Positions 18,815 to 28,205 of a stretch of DNA of 64,000 nucleotides are shown here, in pieces. Positions within the stretch are counted from its first letter, which is position 1, and each line of letters starts with the position of its first letter. Position numbers and translations under genes: made by a program. Under the pieces are notes generated by a model, which was not told where the DNA came from, did no database searches, and saw nothing but the letters and a program-made list of their open reading frames with translations. The stretch is from Spirochaetaceae bacterium (GTDB lineage Bacteria > Spirochaetota > Spirochaetia > B11-G9), in NCBI GenBank assembly GCA_015493635.1, contig WGCU01000026.1, positions 7,718-71,717 of the forward strand, given 5' to 3'.

Positions 18815-19207
18815 ATGAAGTCCCTTATAATTGCTGCAGCGACCGATGATGGAGAAAACTTTATTAGTAGGCATTTTGGAGACGCGGGATATTATAATCT
18901 TTACCGGCTTACTCCGGAGAAAGCTGAATTTATAAAAAAGATCACCAATGTATCAGAGAAAGAACGGATGCATGCGGATCCTGGTAAAGCACAGGGTATC
19001 ACCGAAATACTGAGAAAAGAAAAGGTTCAGGTTGCTGCTTCAAAAGTGTTTGGGCCTAATATTAAACGGATAAAGAAAAAGTTTGTTTGTGTTCTTACAA
19101 ATGCAAATTCTATTAACGAAATACTCATCATTCTGCAAAAACAGTTCTCCCGGCTCACTCAGGAATGGGAAGCAGGAGAGGTAAGAGAAGTCATCAGACT
19201 GCAGTGA
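18815..19207 (+). CDS. NifB/NifX-family (Nitro_FeMo-Co) protein, second copy
   Basis: AATDDG..HFGDA..HAD..KA..FGPNI motifs. Confidence 0.75.
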   Translation: MKSLIIAAATDDGENFISRHFGDAGYYNLYRLTPEKAEFIKKITNVSEKERMHADPGKAQGITEILRKEKVQVAASKVFGPNIKRIKKKFVCVLTNANSINEILIILQKQFSRLTQEWEAGEVREVIRLQ

Positions 19208-19213
19208 GGATGT

Positions 19214-19414
19214 ATGAAACAGACTGAATGTAAATGGTTTCCTGTCTGTCCCATGAAGTATTTCTTTGAGAGAGGGATGGTTGCTGAAAAGTACATCCTC
19301 GCTTACTGCAAAGGAGATAACAAATCCTGTGTACGTTATCAGAAAGAGGAAGCGGGGATATATCATCCGGATAATATGCTACCGGACGGAACAATTGATA
19401 AAAGTTTAGTTTAA
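19214..19414 (+). CDS. Small four-Cys hypothetical protein
   Basis: 66 aa, CKWFPVCP..YCKGD..SCVRY..HPDNMLPDG; follows a GAGGA RBS-like sequence. Confidence 0.7.
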   Translation: MKQTECKWFPVCPMKYFFERGMVAEKYILAYCKGDNKSCVRYQKEEAGIYHPDNMLPDGTIDKSLV

Positions 19415-19443
19415 TAATTTCTTCGTATGCAGTAAGAATATGA

Positions 19444-19472
19444 TTGACGGATATTACCATTATATATATGAT
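19444..19472 (+). promoter_or_regulatory. Sigma70 promoter placing +1 at the ATG of the mini-MOSC ORF
   Basis: TTGACG(19444-49)-17 nt-TATGAT(19467-72); ATG at 19479. Confidence 0.55.
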
Positions 19473-19478
19473 TAAATA

Positions 19479-19604
19479 ATGGATTTTAATGGGGATGCAC
19501 ACGCAGGGAAATGGCACCGGCAGGTATCTCTTCTTGCTAAAGTCATTAAAGGTGGGCATGTGAGCAGGGAAAGCATCTGCTATTATGAAGATGGTTCATC
19601 GTAA
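19479..19604 (+). pseudogene. Internally deleted MOSC-domain gene remnant (41-aa mini-ORF)
   Basis: MDFNGDAHAGKWHRQVSLLAKVIKGGHVSRESICYYEDGSS. The N-terminal MOSC motif GDAHAGKWHRQVSLLA is joined directly to the C-terminal AKVIKGG motif. Not in the ORF track. Confidence 0.72.
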
Positions 19605-19611
19605 GAGATTT

Positions 19612-20478
19612 CTATCCGCTTTTTATAAGAATAATTGCAATAAGAGATAAGGAGACTGCAGCTATTCTTAAAAGTGTTAATTTTTCTTTATAGATGATGG
19701 CTGAAAGAAAAATAGGAATGAGAATTGAAAGGGCAAAAATGGGCTGAACAAGTGCCATACTGCCTGCGGCGAATGCTTTCAGGACAAAAATATATCCAAA
19801 AAAATTAAGAACTCCTATGGATCCCCCAATAATAAAGATTTTTGGAGTTTTGAAAGTCTTTTTGCGCTGTTCCGGAGGTATCCGTGTTTTGTAAAGGAGG
19901 AATGAGATACCGGTAACTATTGAGTAAGAGATAAAAATATAGATAATTTTATCCGTTTTTGTCGATGCCAATTTACCTGCTGTCATGGAGAAAGATGTGC
20001 AAACCGCAGCAAGAAGGGCAAATCCGATGCCTGCCAAGGGTGTTTTGTTTATACCCTTTACGTGCTCCATGGACAGAAGGATCAGCACAAAAACCGAAAG
20101 TGCTGCTCCTGCCCATTGTTCCGGAGCCGGGGTTTCACGGAAGAATACCACTCCGATAATAATAACAATAACGACATTTGATTTATTTACCGGGAATACA
20201 ACAGCCGCAGGTGCACGTTTTAAGGCGTTGAATTTTGAAAGAGCTCCAAGGGCAAAAAATGTGCCGTTAAACAGTGCAAAGGGCAGGGCAGAGACAAAGA
20301 GTGATAGATTGTGGTGATCCAGAATAAGCACGGTGAGAGAGCAGAGAACAACGGAAAATGCAGATATAAGGACTACTCCCTGGGTAACAAGTTTATATTC
20401 CGCGGCAATTTTATATAGAAAATTAAGCGATCCGTAAAAAAGTGTTGCGGTGATGCTGTATATAAACCATAACGGCAC
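19612..20478 (-). CDS. EamA/DMT-family transporter
   Basis: About 10 TMs in two repeats; GVVFFRE and AIIYKEKL motifs; GTG start. Confidence 0.85.
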   Translation of the reverse strand: MPLWFIYSITATLFYGSLNFLYKIAAEYKLVTQGVVLISAFSVVLCSLTVLILDHHNLSLFVSALPFALFNGTFFALGALSKFNALKRAPAAVVFPVNKSNVVIVIIIGVVFFRETPAPEQWAGAALSVFVLILLSMEHVKGINKTPLAGIGFALLAAVCTSFSMTAGKLASTKTDKIIYIFISYSIVTGISFLLYKTRIPPEQRKKTFKTPKIFIIGGSIGVLNFFGYIFVLKAFAAGSMALVQPIFALSILIPIFLSAIIYKEKLTLLRIAAVSLSLIAIILIKSG

Positions 20479-20498
20479 TGCTGTGTTTCTCCTGCCGA

Positions 20499-22115
20499 TT
20501 ATAGAGTTTCAGAAAAATTACCAAGCTGCTGGTATTTCTTGTACATCTGATAGTAAAGAGCGGCCCGTTCGGAGTCTGGTTTGTATTCTGCCGAGGTGCC
20601 GGGAGCCATAGCCTGCTGTGCAGCTTGTATGTTTTTATGCAGACCTGCGATTACAGAAGCAAACATTGCGGCGCCTATGGCAACCGGTTGTTTTGAATTA
20701 ACAATACGGATGGGTTTATTCAGTACATCTGCCATAATCTGCATAACAAAGGGAGATTTTTCAGCAACCCCCCCGACAGCAAGAATGGTATCAATACTGA
20801 TTTTTTCTTTAGTGAATCTGTCCATAATTGCTTTTGATCCGAATGCGGTCGACTCAACAAGAGCTCTGTATATTTTCGGTGCGGAAGTACCTAATGTAAG
20901 CCCTGTCAGCATCGCTTTTACATGGGGATTGCTGTCAGGTGTTCTCCTTCCATTAAACCAGTCGAGAGCAATGATACTACTATCAGGAGGGATCAGCGCT
21001 GCTTCTTTCTCAAGCTGTTGAAGAATTCCGCCTGGTGTTTTTGAATTTCCCTTTTCCATCCCCCAGGACAGTATACCTGCATACCAGGCATAAACATCTC
21101 CAAAAGCTGACTGTCCTGCTTCGTATCCGGTGTATCCGGGAATAATGGACCCGTCAACCTGTCCGCTGATACCTTGAATAATTTTATCAGGATCAGCCCC
21201 CTTTTCTGATATAATCATGTCACATGTTGAGGTCCCCATCACTTTTACCATGGTTCCCGGAGTAATACCGCCACCAACGGCACCAATGTGAGCGTCAAGA
21301 GCTCCTGAACCTACCATCGCTTCACGGTTTATCCCAAGCCGCTTTGCCCAGTGAGCGGATATTTTCCCTGCAGCTACATCAGCCGGTACAGTATTTGTGT
21401 AAAGTCTTTCTCTGAGACCCGAGAGCAGGGGATCAAGAGATACAAGAAACTCCTCTGAAGGAAGGCCTCCCCAGCTTTCATGCCACATAGCTTTGTGCCC
21501 GGCAGTACAGCGTGACCGCACCATGGAGGAAAGTTCCCCCTCTGTCAGAAGGTATGGTATCCAGTCACTGTGTTCCACCCATGACCATGCCGCAGCTCTG
21601 ACTTTGCTGTTGTGTCTGAGTGTGTGGAGGATTTTAGCCCAGAACCATTCGGGAGAATAGATCCCGCCGGAATATCTAGTATAATCAATGCCGCCCCATG
21701 TTTTGGCATGGGTGTTAATGGCTTCAGCTTCTTCAATGGCGGTATGATCTTTCCATAGAATGAACATTGCATCCGGATCATTCTTGAATGGCTCTTTTAA
21801 TGCCAGCGGAATCCCTTCACGGTTTACCGCACAGGGAGTCGAGCCTGTTGTATCAACTGATATTCCCAGGATATTTTCGCCGGTTCCCGGTCCAGCTTCA
21901 TTCAGTGCTTCCCGGACTGTTATTTCCAGCCCTTCCATATAGTCCAATGGATGCTGCCGGAAACGGTTCTGTTCAGGATTACAAAAAAGACCTTCTTTCC
22001 ATCGGGTATAGGGACAAACTGCCTGTCCCCGTATTTCCCCGGTTACTGCATTAACAATGACACTTCTGACACTGTCAGTTCCGAAATCAATACCCATTAC
22101 CAGTTTATCAATCAT
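20499..22115 (-). CDS. araB: Ribulokinase (FGGY family)
   Basis: GIDFGTDSVR, VDTTGSTP, WKDHTA, AGHKAMW, EAGQSAFGD, LDWFNGRRTP. Start at 22115 with GGAGG RBS. Confidence 0.9.
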   Translation of the reverse strand: MIDKLVMGIDFGTDSVRSVIVNAVTGEIRGQAVCPYTRWKEGLFCNPEQNRFRQHPLDYMEGLEITVREALNEAGPGTGENILGISVDTTGSTPCAVNREGIPLALKEPFKNDPDAMFILWKDHTAIEEAEAINTHAKTWGGIDYTRYSGGIYSPEWFWAKILHTLRHNSKVRAAAWSWVEHSDWIPYLLTEGELSSMVRSRCTAGHKAMWHESWGGLPSEEFLVSLDPLLSGLRERLYTNTVPADVAAGKISAHWAKRLGINREAMVGSGALDAHIGAVGGGITPGTMVKVMGTSTCDMIISEKGADPDKIIQGISGQVDGSIIPGYTGYEAGQSAFGDVYAWYAGILSWGMEKGNSKTPGGILQQLEKEAALIPPDSSIIALDWFNGRRTPDSNPHVKAMLTGLTLGTSAPKIYRALVESTAFGSKAIMDRFTKEKISIDTILAVGGVAEKSPFVMQIMADVLNKPIRIVNSKQPVAIGAAMFASVIAGLHKNIQAAQQAMAPGTSAEYKPDSERAALYYQMYKKYQQLGNFSETL

Positions 22116-22192
22116 ACACAACCTCCGATACTTTGAGTATAACATTAAAAAAACTTTAGACAAAGTAAATGATAAAAGGTATAGTGGTTCTT

Positions 22193-23143
22193 ATGGATGA
22201 CATATGTGAAAGAATAAGTTCTATCGGTGTTTTGCCTGTAGTAAAAATAGAGAATGCGGGAGATTCTGAGAATTTGGCAGCTTCTCTTCTTGCGGGGGAT
22301 CTTCCTGCCGTTGAAATTACCTTCAGAACAGATGCCGCGGAAGAGTCAATGAGACGGATTAGAAAAAAATTTCCGGCTATGCTGCTGGGCGCAGGTACTG
22401 TTCTGACCATTGACCAGATCAAGAGAGCCGTCGGGGCGGGAGCTGACTTCATGGTAGCTCCGGGGTTTAATCCGAAAATTGCAGCGTACTGTACAGCTCA
22501 CGATATTCCGTTCTTTCCCGGAATAAATGCTCCCAGTCAGATAGAAGCAGCACTGGAATACGGGTTGGATGTGCTGAAATTTTTCCCTGCTGAAGTTATG
22601 GGCGGGATAAAGATGGTAAAAAGTCTTGCTGCTCCCTACGGTCAGGTTAAATTTATTCCTACCGGCGGCATCAATGTCAGTAATCTCAATGACTATCTGT
22701 CCTTGTCTGTTGTCCTTGCATGCGGAGGGAGCTGGGTTGCTCCGGCTCATATGATACGTGAGGGGAGATTTGATGATATAGCAAAACTTGCCCACGAAGC
22801 TGTTTCAACAGTTTTAGGATTTACACTGTCCGGAGTACAGCTGGCAACTCCTACCGGAAATGACAGAGAATCCGTTCTTGATTTTTTTGCTTCGGCTTTC
22901 CTGCTGAACAAAACGGAAAATGAAACAACAGTTACTGCCGGCGGAATAATTGAGGTTGATAAAATGATGACCGGAAATGGTTCTGGTAACCGGCTGATAT
23001 TTTCAACACACAGCCTTGTAAGAGCCATGGCATTTTTTAAGAGAAAAAAGATAGCCTTTGAAGCGAAATCCAATCCGGATGAGCTTATTCTTCTTAAACA
23101 AAAGGGCGGATTTGAAGTAAAAGTTGTCGAGGGGGCAAAATAG
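22193..23143 (+). CDS. eda: KDPG/KHG aldolase with C-terminal extension
   Basis: [31 protein letters not shown]. Start likely ATG 22193. Confidence 0.88.
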   Translation: MDDICERISSIGVLPVVKIENAGDSENLAASLLAGDLPAVEITFRTDAAEESMRRIRKKFPAMLLGAGTVLTIDQIKRAVGAGADFMVAPGFNPKIAAYCTAHDIPFFPGINAPSQIEAALEYGLDVLKFFPAEVMGGIKMVKSLAAPYGQVKFIPTGGINVSNLNDYLSLSVVLACGGSWVAPAHMIREGRFDDIAKLAHEAVSTVLGFTLSGVQLATPTGNDRESVLDFFASAFLLNKTENETTVTAGGIIEVDKMMTGNGSGNRLIFSTHSLVRAMAFFKRKKIAFEAKSNPDELILLKQKGGFEVKVVEGAK

Positions 23144-24981
23144 TGGAAAAGAAGAAAAGGGTACCTGGACTGAAACAGGCCCAGATTATTATTTATGTGG
23201 TTATTATTTTCATGTTTACTACGCTTGGGCTGCTCTTTTTTCATAATCTTTCAAATATGCGTATGGAAATAGAGAAAAGCAACGCTGCTTCCATATCTTT
23301 TTCTGCTGACTTGCTGAATCTTAAAAGCGGTTTTGGGTACGGGGGATTTATACATAATTTCAAGAACTATGTATTGCGTGGTAAGTTAAAGTACTACGAA
23401 CGTGTGGTAAAGAATTATAAAGAGATTACCGCTTGTCTCGGCCATCTGGATAATTCATCTTTTTTATCGGCTGACGACCATAAACAGCTATCCATTATCC
23501 GCGATACTCTGGATAAATACAAGGCTGCTGCGGACATGATTAAACCGCTTGTTGAATCAGGAAAATCAATTGCATATATTGACAGTGTTGTTAAAATTGA
23601 TGACACCCCTGCGGTAACCGCTTTTAAGGACCTTGATGCAAGCTATCGGAATTTTATTGATGGAGGGTCAATAGCCATCAGGAAAAAAATACAGGAAACA
23701 CTCTTTGTTTTTGCCGCGCTTGTTACTGTTGCTTCCATAATCTTTATTCTTATTCTAATTTTTATCTTCCGGCGTCTTATCCGGCAGATCAACAATATCG
23801 GTGAAATTACCGAAATAATGGTGGAGGGAGATTTATCGAAAGAAATAACGGTTATTCCCAATGATGCCGTGGGAGATATGGCAGAGAATTTTAATAAAGC
23901 GATTCAATCACTTAAAACAATTATACGGGGTGTTAAAGAAACAGTTGTAGATGGCGAGGGAATGAATATAACACTTCATAAAATGCTGACTCAGGCGGAG
24001 GAGTCTGTTGGAGAAATTTCACGTATGATGGAAACAAGTCTTGAACATATTGTACAGCAGAACAATCAGATAGGAGAGGCCTCCACCGCCCTGGAAGAAA
24101 TTTCTGCAAATACATCGAGCCTTGCAAAACAGATTACCATGCAGGCAGACAGTGTCAGTCAGACATCCGCAGCAGTTGAGCAGATAGCAGCTTCGATTCA
24201 GAATGTAGCGAGAGTTGCGGAGTCAAGGATGACGTTAACGGGAGAACTTATTGAAATAACACGTACGGGCAATGAGAAAATGGATACAACGAACAATGTC
24301 GTTCAGGATGCTGTTACAAGTATCAGTGCCATGCAGGAGATGATTGAAGTTATCAATGGTATTACTTCACAGACAAATCTTCTTTCCATGAATGCGGCTA
24401 TTGAAGCCGCTCATGCAGGGGATGCAGGAAAGGGTTTTGCGGTTGTAGCGGATGAGATACGGAAACTTGCTGAATCAACAGCTGATAATGCCCAGGAAAT
24501 TTCGGATACTCTTAACACACTTATTGAAAAAATACACCATGCCGCCTCTTCGACGAATGAGAGCAGAGAGATTTTTTACGAAATAGAAAAGGGTGTTGAC
24601 AAGTTTGTCTCTGCTTTTACAGAAATTTCCGAGAGTACGAAGGAACTGTCAAAAGGGAGCAGTGATATCCAGGATTCTACAACAGTTCTTCTTGATATAA
24701 CGGCAAATATTAAAACAGGTTCCCATGAAATAACCCTTGGAGCCAATGATATAAATATTGCAATTCTGCGTATTAATGAAATGGCTGAGGTGAGTGAGAA
24801 AAACATGCGGGATGTTACCAATCGTCTGTCCGACATTCATTCAGCGGTTCGTGAGATTTCTGCCATAGGAGAAAAGAACAGCTTGAATATGAACTTGCTT
24901 ACAGAAAAGGTTTCTTACTTTACCCTTGATGATTCCAGTGAGGAATTGGGTGTAACTTTGGCAGAAGAGGAGCCGGTTTAG
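23143..24981 (+). CDS. Methyl-accepting chemotaxis protein (2 TM, periplasmic sensor, HAMP)
   Basis: [35 protein letters not shown]; GTG start overlapping the eda stop codon. Confidence 0.92.
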   Translation: MEKKKRVPGLKQAQIIIYVVIIFMFTTLGLLFFHNLSNMRMEIEKSNAASISFSADLLNLKSGFGYGGFIHNFKNYVLRGKLKYYERVVKNYKEITACLGHLDNSSFLSADDHKQLSIIRDTLDKYKAAADMIKPLVESGKSIAYIDSVVKIDDTPAVTAFKDLDASYRNFIDGGSIAIRKKIQETLFVFAALVTVASIIFILILIFIFRRLIRQINNIGEITEIMVEGDLSKEITVIPNDAVGDMAENFNKAIQSLKTIIRGVKETVVDGEGMNITLHKMLTQAEESVGEISRMMETSLEHIVQQNNQIGEASTALEEISANTSSLAKQITMQADSVSQTSAAVEQIAASIQNVARVAESRMTLTGELIEITRTGNEKMDTTNNVVQDAVTSISAMQEMIEVINGITSQTNLLSMNAAIEAAHAGDAGKGFAVVADEIRKLAESTADNAQEISDTLNTLIEKIHHAASSTNESREIFYEIEKGVDKFVSAFTEISESTKELSKGSSDIQDSTTVLLDITANIKTGSHEITLGANDINIAILRINEMAEVSEKNMRDVTNRLSDIHSAVREISAIGEKNSLNMNLLTEKVSYFTLDDSSEELGVTLAEEEPV

Positions 24982-25004
24982 TCAAGCATTCCCGGTATGT
25001 ATTT

Positions 25005-25295
25005 TTATAGACATCCGTACGTTGTTTTTACATACAGACGCTTTCCCCAGAATGTTTCTACCGCATCAATGTGTGACCCTTCAAGAAATTTCAGGATTGA
25101 GGCTCTTATATAAAAAGTGCACGTGTTTACTGTTTCTGCAGTATCATCGTCCAGAGGCAGTTCCATTCCCACTTTAAGGGCCGGCCCTCCGCATCCGACA
25201 CCGGAAGAGAAGATTGTTATTCTTTTACTTGTCCCTTCCGTTTTTTTTTCAAGTTCTTTAACCATTTTTGCAGCTTCATCTGTTACGGTAAACAT
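25005..25295 (-). CDS. HesB/IscA-like protein
   Basis: VTDEA N-terminus, GVGCGGPAL motif, C-terminal GC. Confidence 0.65.
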   Translation of the reverse strand: MFTVTDEAAKMVKELEKKTEGTSKRITIFSSGVGCGGPALKVGMELPLDDDTAETVNTCTFYIRASILKFLEGSHIDAVETFWGKRLYVKTTYGCL

Positions 25296-25332
25296 TACCT
25301 TTTCCTCCTGATCCCTATAGGGGGTTCCTGAA

Positions 25333-26784
25333 TTACGCTGGAGTAGATTCCGTTGTGCTCTTGGAAGGAGAAGCTGGAAGGAGGAGTTTTACCGTTGTTC
25401 CCTGCTTTTCCCTTGAATCCACTGAAATATGCGCATGGTAGTTTTTTAGAATAAAATAAGCTGTTGACAACCCAATCCCGATTTTCTCTTCTTCAGTTGT
25501 AAAAAACGGGTCAAATATGTTGTGGAGAAATTCCGGTTTGATACCTTTCCCGTTATCTGATATTGTAATGTGCACATACTTTTTCTCCTTTCTTGAGTTC
25601 CTGCACAAAACCGAAATGTGTCCCTCTCCCTGAAGAGTCTGAACTGCATTTTTAATGATGTTTTCAATAACACAGATAAGTTGTTTTTTATTAAAGGTTA
25701 TTAACCAGAGGTTGGTATCCGATATAAAATCCAGTTTGATCCGGGTGCCCTGTACAATTTTTAATGCCGTTTCTTTTATCACCGCTGCGGCATCCAGAAT
25801 TACTGCTGCAGGTCTTTCTCCTCTGGAAAAAGTAAGTAATTTTTGAGACAGATCCTGTGTTTTATTCAGAATCCCTTCTGCGTTTTCAAGGAAGGGATAG
25901 CCTTTAGCAGCAGGAGAAGTATAGAGTTTTGCGAGACTGACATTCCCCAAAATACCAGTTAACAAATTGTTGAAATTATGAGCTATTTCGCCGGCTATAA
26001 AACTGAGAGATTCAACTTTCTTCAACCGGTTGTTTTCGGTAATGTCATGAAAAACAAAGACAATACCTTCAAAACCCTCTTGTTTGTTTCTGATGGGAGC
26101 CGTGCTTCCCTCAATTTCGTATTCAGTATTGTCTGATGAAACTAAAACAGCTTGATGGAGCTGATGAGCAGATAATTCTAAAGTTGCTATTTGCTTGATC
26201 CCGGTTTTTATGGGAACTCTTGTCCTGGTGATAAGTTTTACAATACTGCTGAAATTCCTGCCCATTGCTTTTTGTTCCGGTATACCGGTATATAATGCTG
26301 CTGTATGGTTAACGAATGTAATAATACCGTTTTTATCTGTGGTTATAACTCCATCCTCAATACTGCGCAGGATTGCTTGCAGCCATGCTTCATTTTTTCG
26401 TATTTTTATTTCGTCTCTGTGCCTTTGTAGAGCAATGTCAATAGATATCTGTAATTCTTTTTTTTTGAATGGTTTTAGGATATATCCATAGGGAGATTCA
26501 TTCATAGCCCGTTCCAGAGTTTTTTGATCGGAATGAGCAGTAAGAAAAAGGATCGGAATATCCCGTACTTTTCTGATAGCGGCAGCAGTTTCAATTCCAT
26601 CCAGCTTCCCCTTAATGATAATATCCATTAAAATGAGATCAGGATGCAATTCTCCCGCAACGGTAACCGCTTGCTCCCCTGTGGCACATATATCCGTAAT
26701 ATGGTACCCCAGTGTCTGAAGCCGGTCCTTTAGTTCCATAGCTACAATACTTTCATCTTCAACAATTAAAATTGTATTCAACAT
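25333..26784 (-). CDS. Cytoplasmic hybrid kinase REC-PAS-HisKA-HATPase
   Basis: ILIVEDE..DLILMDI..PYGYILKPF; DGVITTD PAS; IAHNFNNLL; IFDPFFTT. Confidence 0.9.
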   Translation of the reverse strand: MLNTILIVEDESIVAMELKDRLQTLGYHITDICATGEQAVTVAGELHPDLILMDIIIKGKLDGIETAAAIRKVRDIPILFLTAHSDQKTLERAMNESPYGYILKPFKKKELQISIDIALQRHRDEIKIRKNEAWLQAILRSIEDGVITTDKNGIITFVNHTAALYTGIPEQKAMGRNFSSIVKLITRTRVPIKTGIKQIATLELSAHQLHQAVLVSSDNTEYEIEGSTAPIRNKQEGFEGIVFVFHDITENNRLKKVESLSFIAGEIAHNFNNLLTGILGNVSLAKLYTSPAAKGYPFLENAEGILNKTQDLSQKLLTFSRGERPAAVILDAAAVIKETALKIVQGTRIKLDFISDTNLWLITFNKKQLICVIENIIKNAVQTLQGEGHISVLCRNSRKEKKYVHITISDNGKGIKPEFLHNIFDPFFTTEEEKIGIGLSTAYFILKNYHAHISVDSREKQGTTVKLLLPASPSKSTTESTPA

Positions 26785-26802
26785 ACCAGCCTTTTCATAT
26801 TC

Positions 26803-28158
26803 TCAGATTTTAAAAACTATCTCAAATCTTGCACCGGAGTCTGTATGTACTGTAAGGGTACCGTCTACTTGATCAACAAGAGATCTCACGAGGGTGAGAC
26901 CCAGGGTTTCCACATCTTCAAGGTTGGAAGAAGTGTCCAATCCTTTCCCGTTATCCGCAATGAGTATAACCGCACTTACTGGATCAAGTCTTTTAATCTC
27001 TATGGTAATAGTCCCCTCTTTTGTTTCATCAAATGCGTATTTTATTGAATTTGATACAAGTTCATTTATAATAAGCCCCAACGGTATAGCCTTTTCAATA
27101 GTAAGGGGAACATTTTCTATTTTTAAGTTCAGTTTTATGGGATAATCACTGGTATTATACGCGGATAAAAGTTCGGAAGTTAAGGACTCTATATAATTTT
27201 TCAAGTTAATTTGAGCAAGATTATCAGATTGATACAGGTTTTCATGAACCATTGCCATAGAAAGAATCCGATTCCGGCTGTCAAGGAAATAAGATTCAGT
27301 CTCCTTATCCTGTATTTTTTGTGATTGAAGATAAAGCAGACTGGAAATAATTTGCAAGTTGTTTTTTACCCTATGATGAACTTCTTTAATAAGGACTTCT
27401 TTTTCCCGTATCTGTTTATCCAGGTTCTTGTTGATTTCTATCAGGTCAGCTGTCCTTTCTTTTATCTGGGACTCGAGATTCCTGTTTGAATTTTGTAGTT
27501 TCCTTTTTAATTGTTCAAGATCTTTAACATGGGTACCAAGCAGAATATTTTTGTATTCTACGATGGTCTGTGTCTTTTCTCTTGTTCTTTCAAAGGAATA
27601 CGCAAGAATTGTTACAACACTGTATGCAGCGAGAAAGCGGATTCTGTATCCCCATGATTTTTCAAAAGAAAGATGTAACTCACCGCTGAAAATATAGAGC
27701 AGTATTGTAATGGAAATAAGGACCATTGCTGCAATAAATCCCTTTCTACTTCCCATTAAAAATGAGGTTATAAGAGGGAATACAAAATACCAGAGATACC
27801 CCGCTCCTCCCTCCCATTTTAAAACCATCAGCAGTAAAAACAGACTTCCAGCGGCAAAAATACTTAGATTTATGATTAATTTGAAATTCTTTCCCTTGCG
27901 CAGGTACAGAATCCCGGCAAAGAGAATAGATGCGACAGACATATCAGCAAGGCCGACTGCCATGTTGCCCAGACGGAGTGCATCAGTACCAAGGGGTACA
28001 AGCGCTGATATACTGATGGTACCTATTGCATTTAGCATGTTAACTTTTCTTATTAATTCGACATTATGAGTATCAGTTAGACCGCTGGTAAAATAATTAC
28101 GAAGGAGATTGTGGCTTTTATCAAGGATTTTTCTTGTGAATTCTTTTATAGTATCCAT
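26803..28158 (-). CDS. Membrane sensor histidine kinase, HisKA_2 type
   Basis: About 6 TMs, coiled coil, KEVHHRVKNNLQ, NELVSNSIKYAF, DNGKG. Confidence 0.9.
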   Translation of the reverse strand: MDTIKEFTRKILDKSHNLLRNYFTSGLTDTHNVELIRKVNMLNAIGTISISALVPLGTDALRLGNMAVGLADMSVASILFAGILYLRKGKNFKLIINLSIFAAGSLFLLLMVLKWEGGAGYLWYFVFPLITSFLMGSRKGFIAAMVLISITILLYIFSGELHLSFEKSWGYRIRFLAAYSVVTILAYSFERTREKTQTIVEYKNILLGTHVKDLEQLKRKLQNSNRNLESQIKERTADLIEINKNLDKQIREKEVLIKEVHHRVKNNLQIISSLLYLQSQKIQDKETESYFLDSRNRILSMAMVHENLYQSDNLAQINLKNYIESLTSELLSAYNTSDYPIKLNLKIENVPLTIEKAIPLGLIINELVSNSIKYAFDETKEGTITIEIKRLDPVSAVILIADNGKGLDTSSNLEDVETLGLTLVRSLVDQVDGTLTVHTDSGARFEIVFKI

Positions 28159-28205
28159 AACATCATGATGTATTATATGTTAGAATATCACATATAACAA
28201 TCTTT

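Noticed and set aside
25185-25200. Possible selenocysteine in the HesB-like protein
   Set aside because: The codon is TGC (Cys), not TGA.
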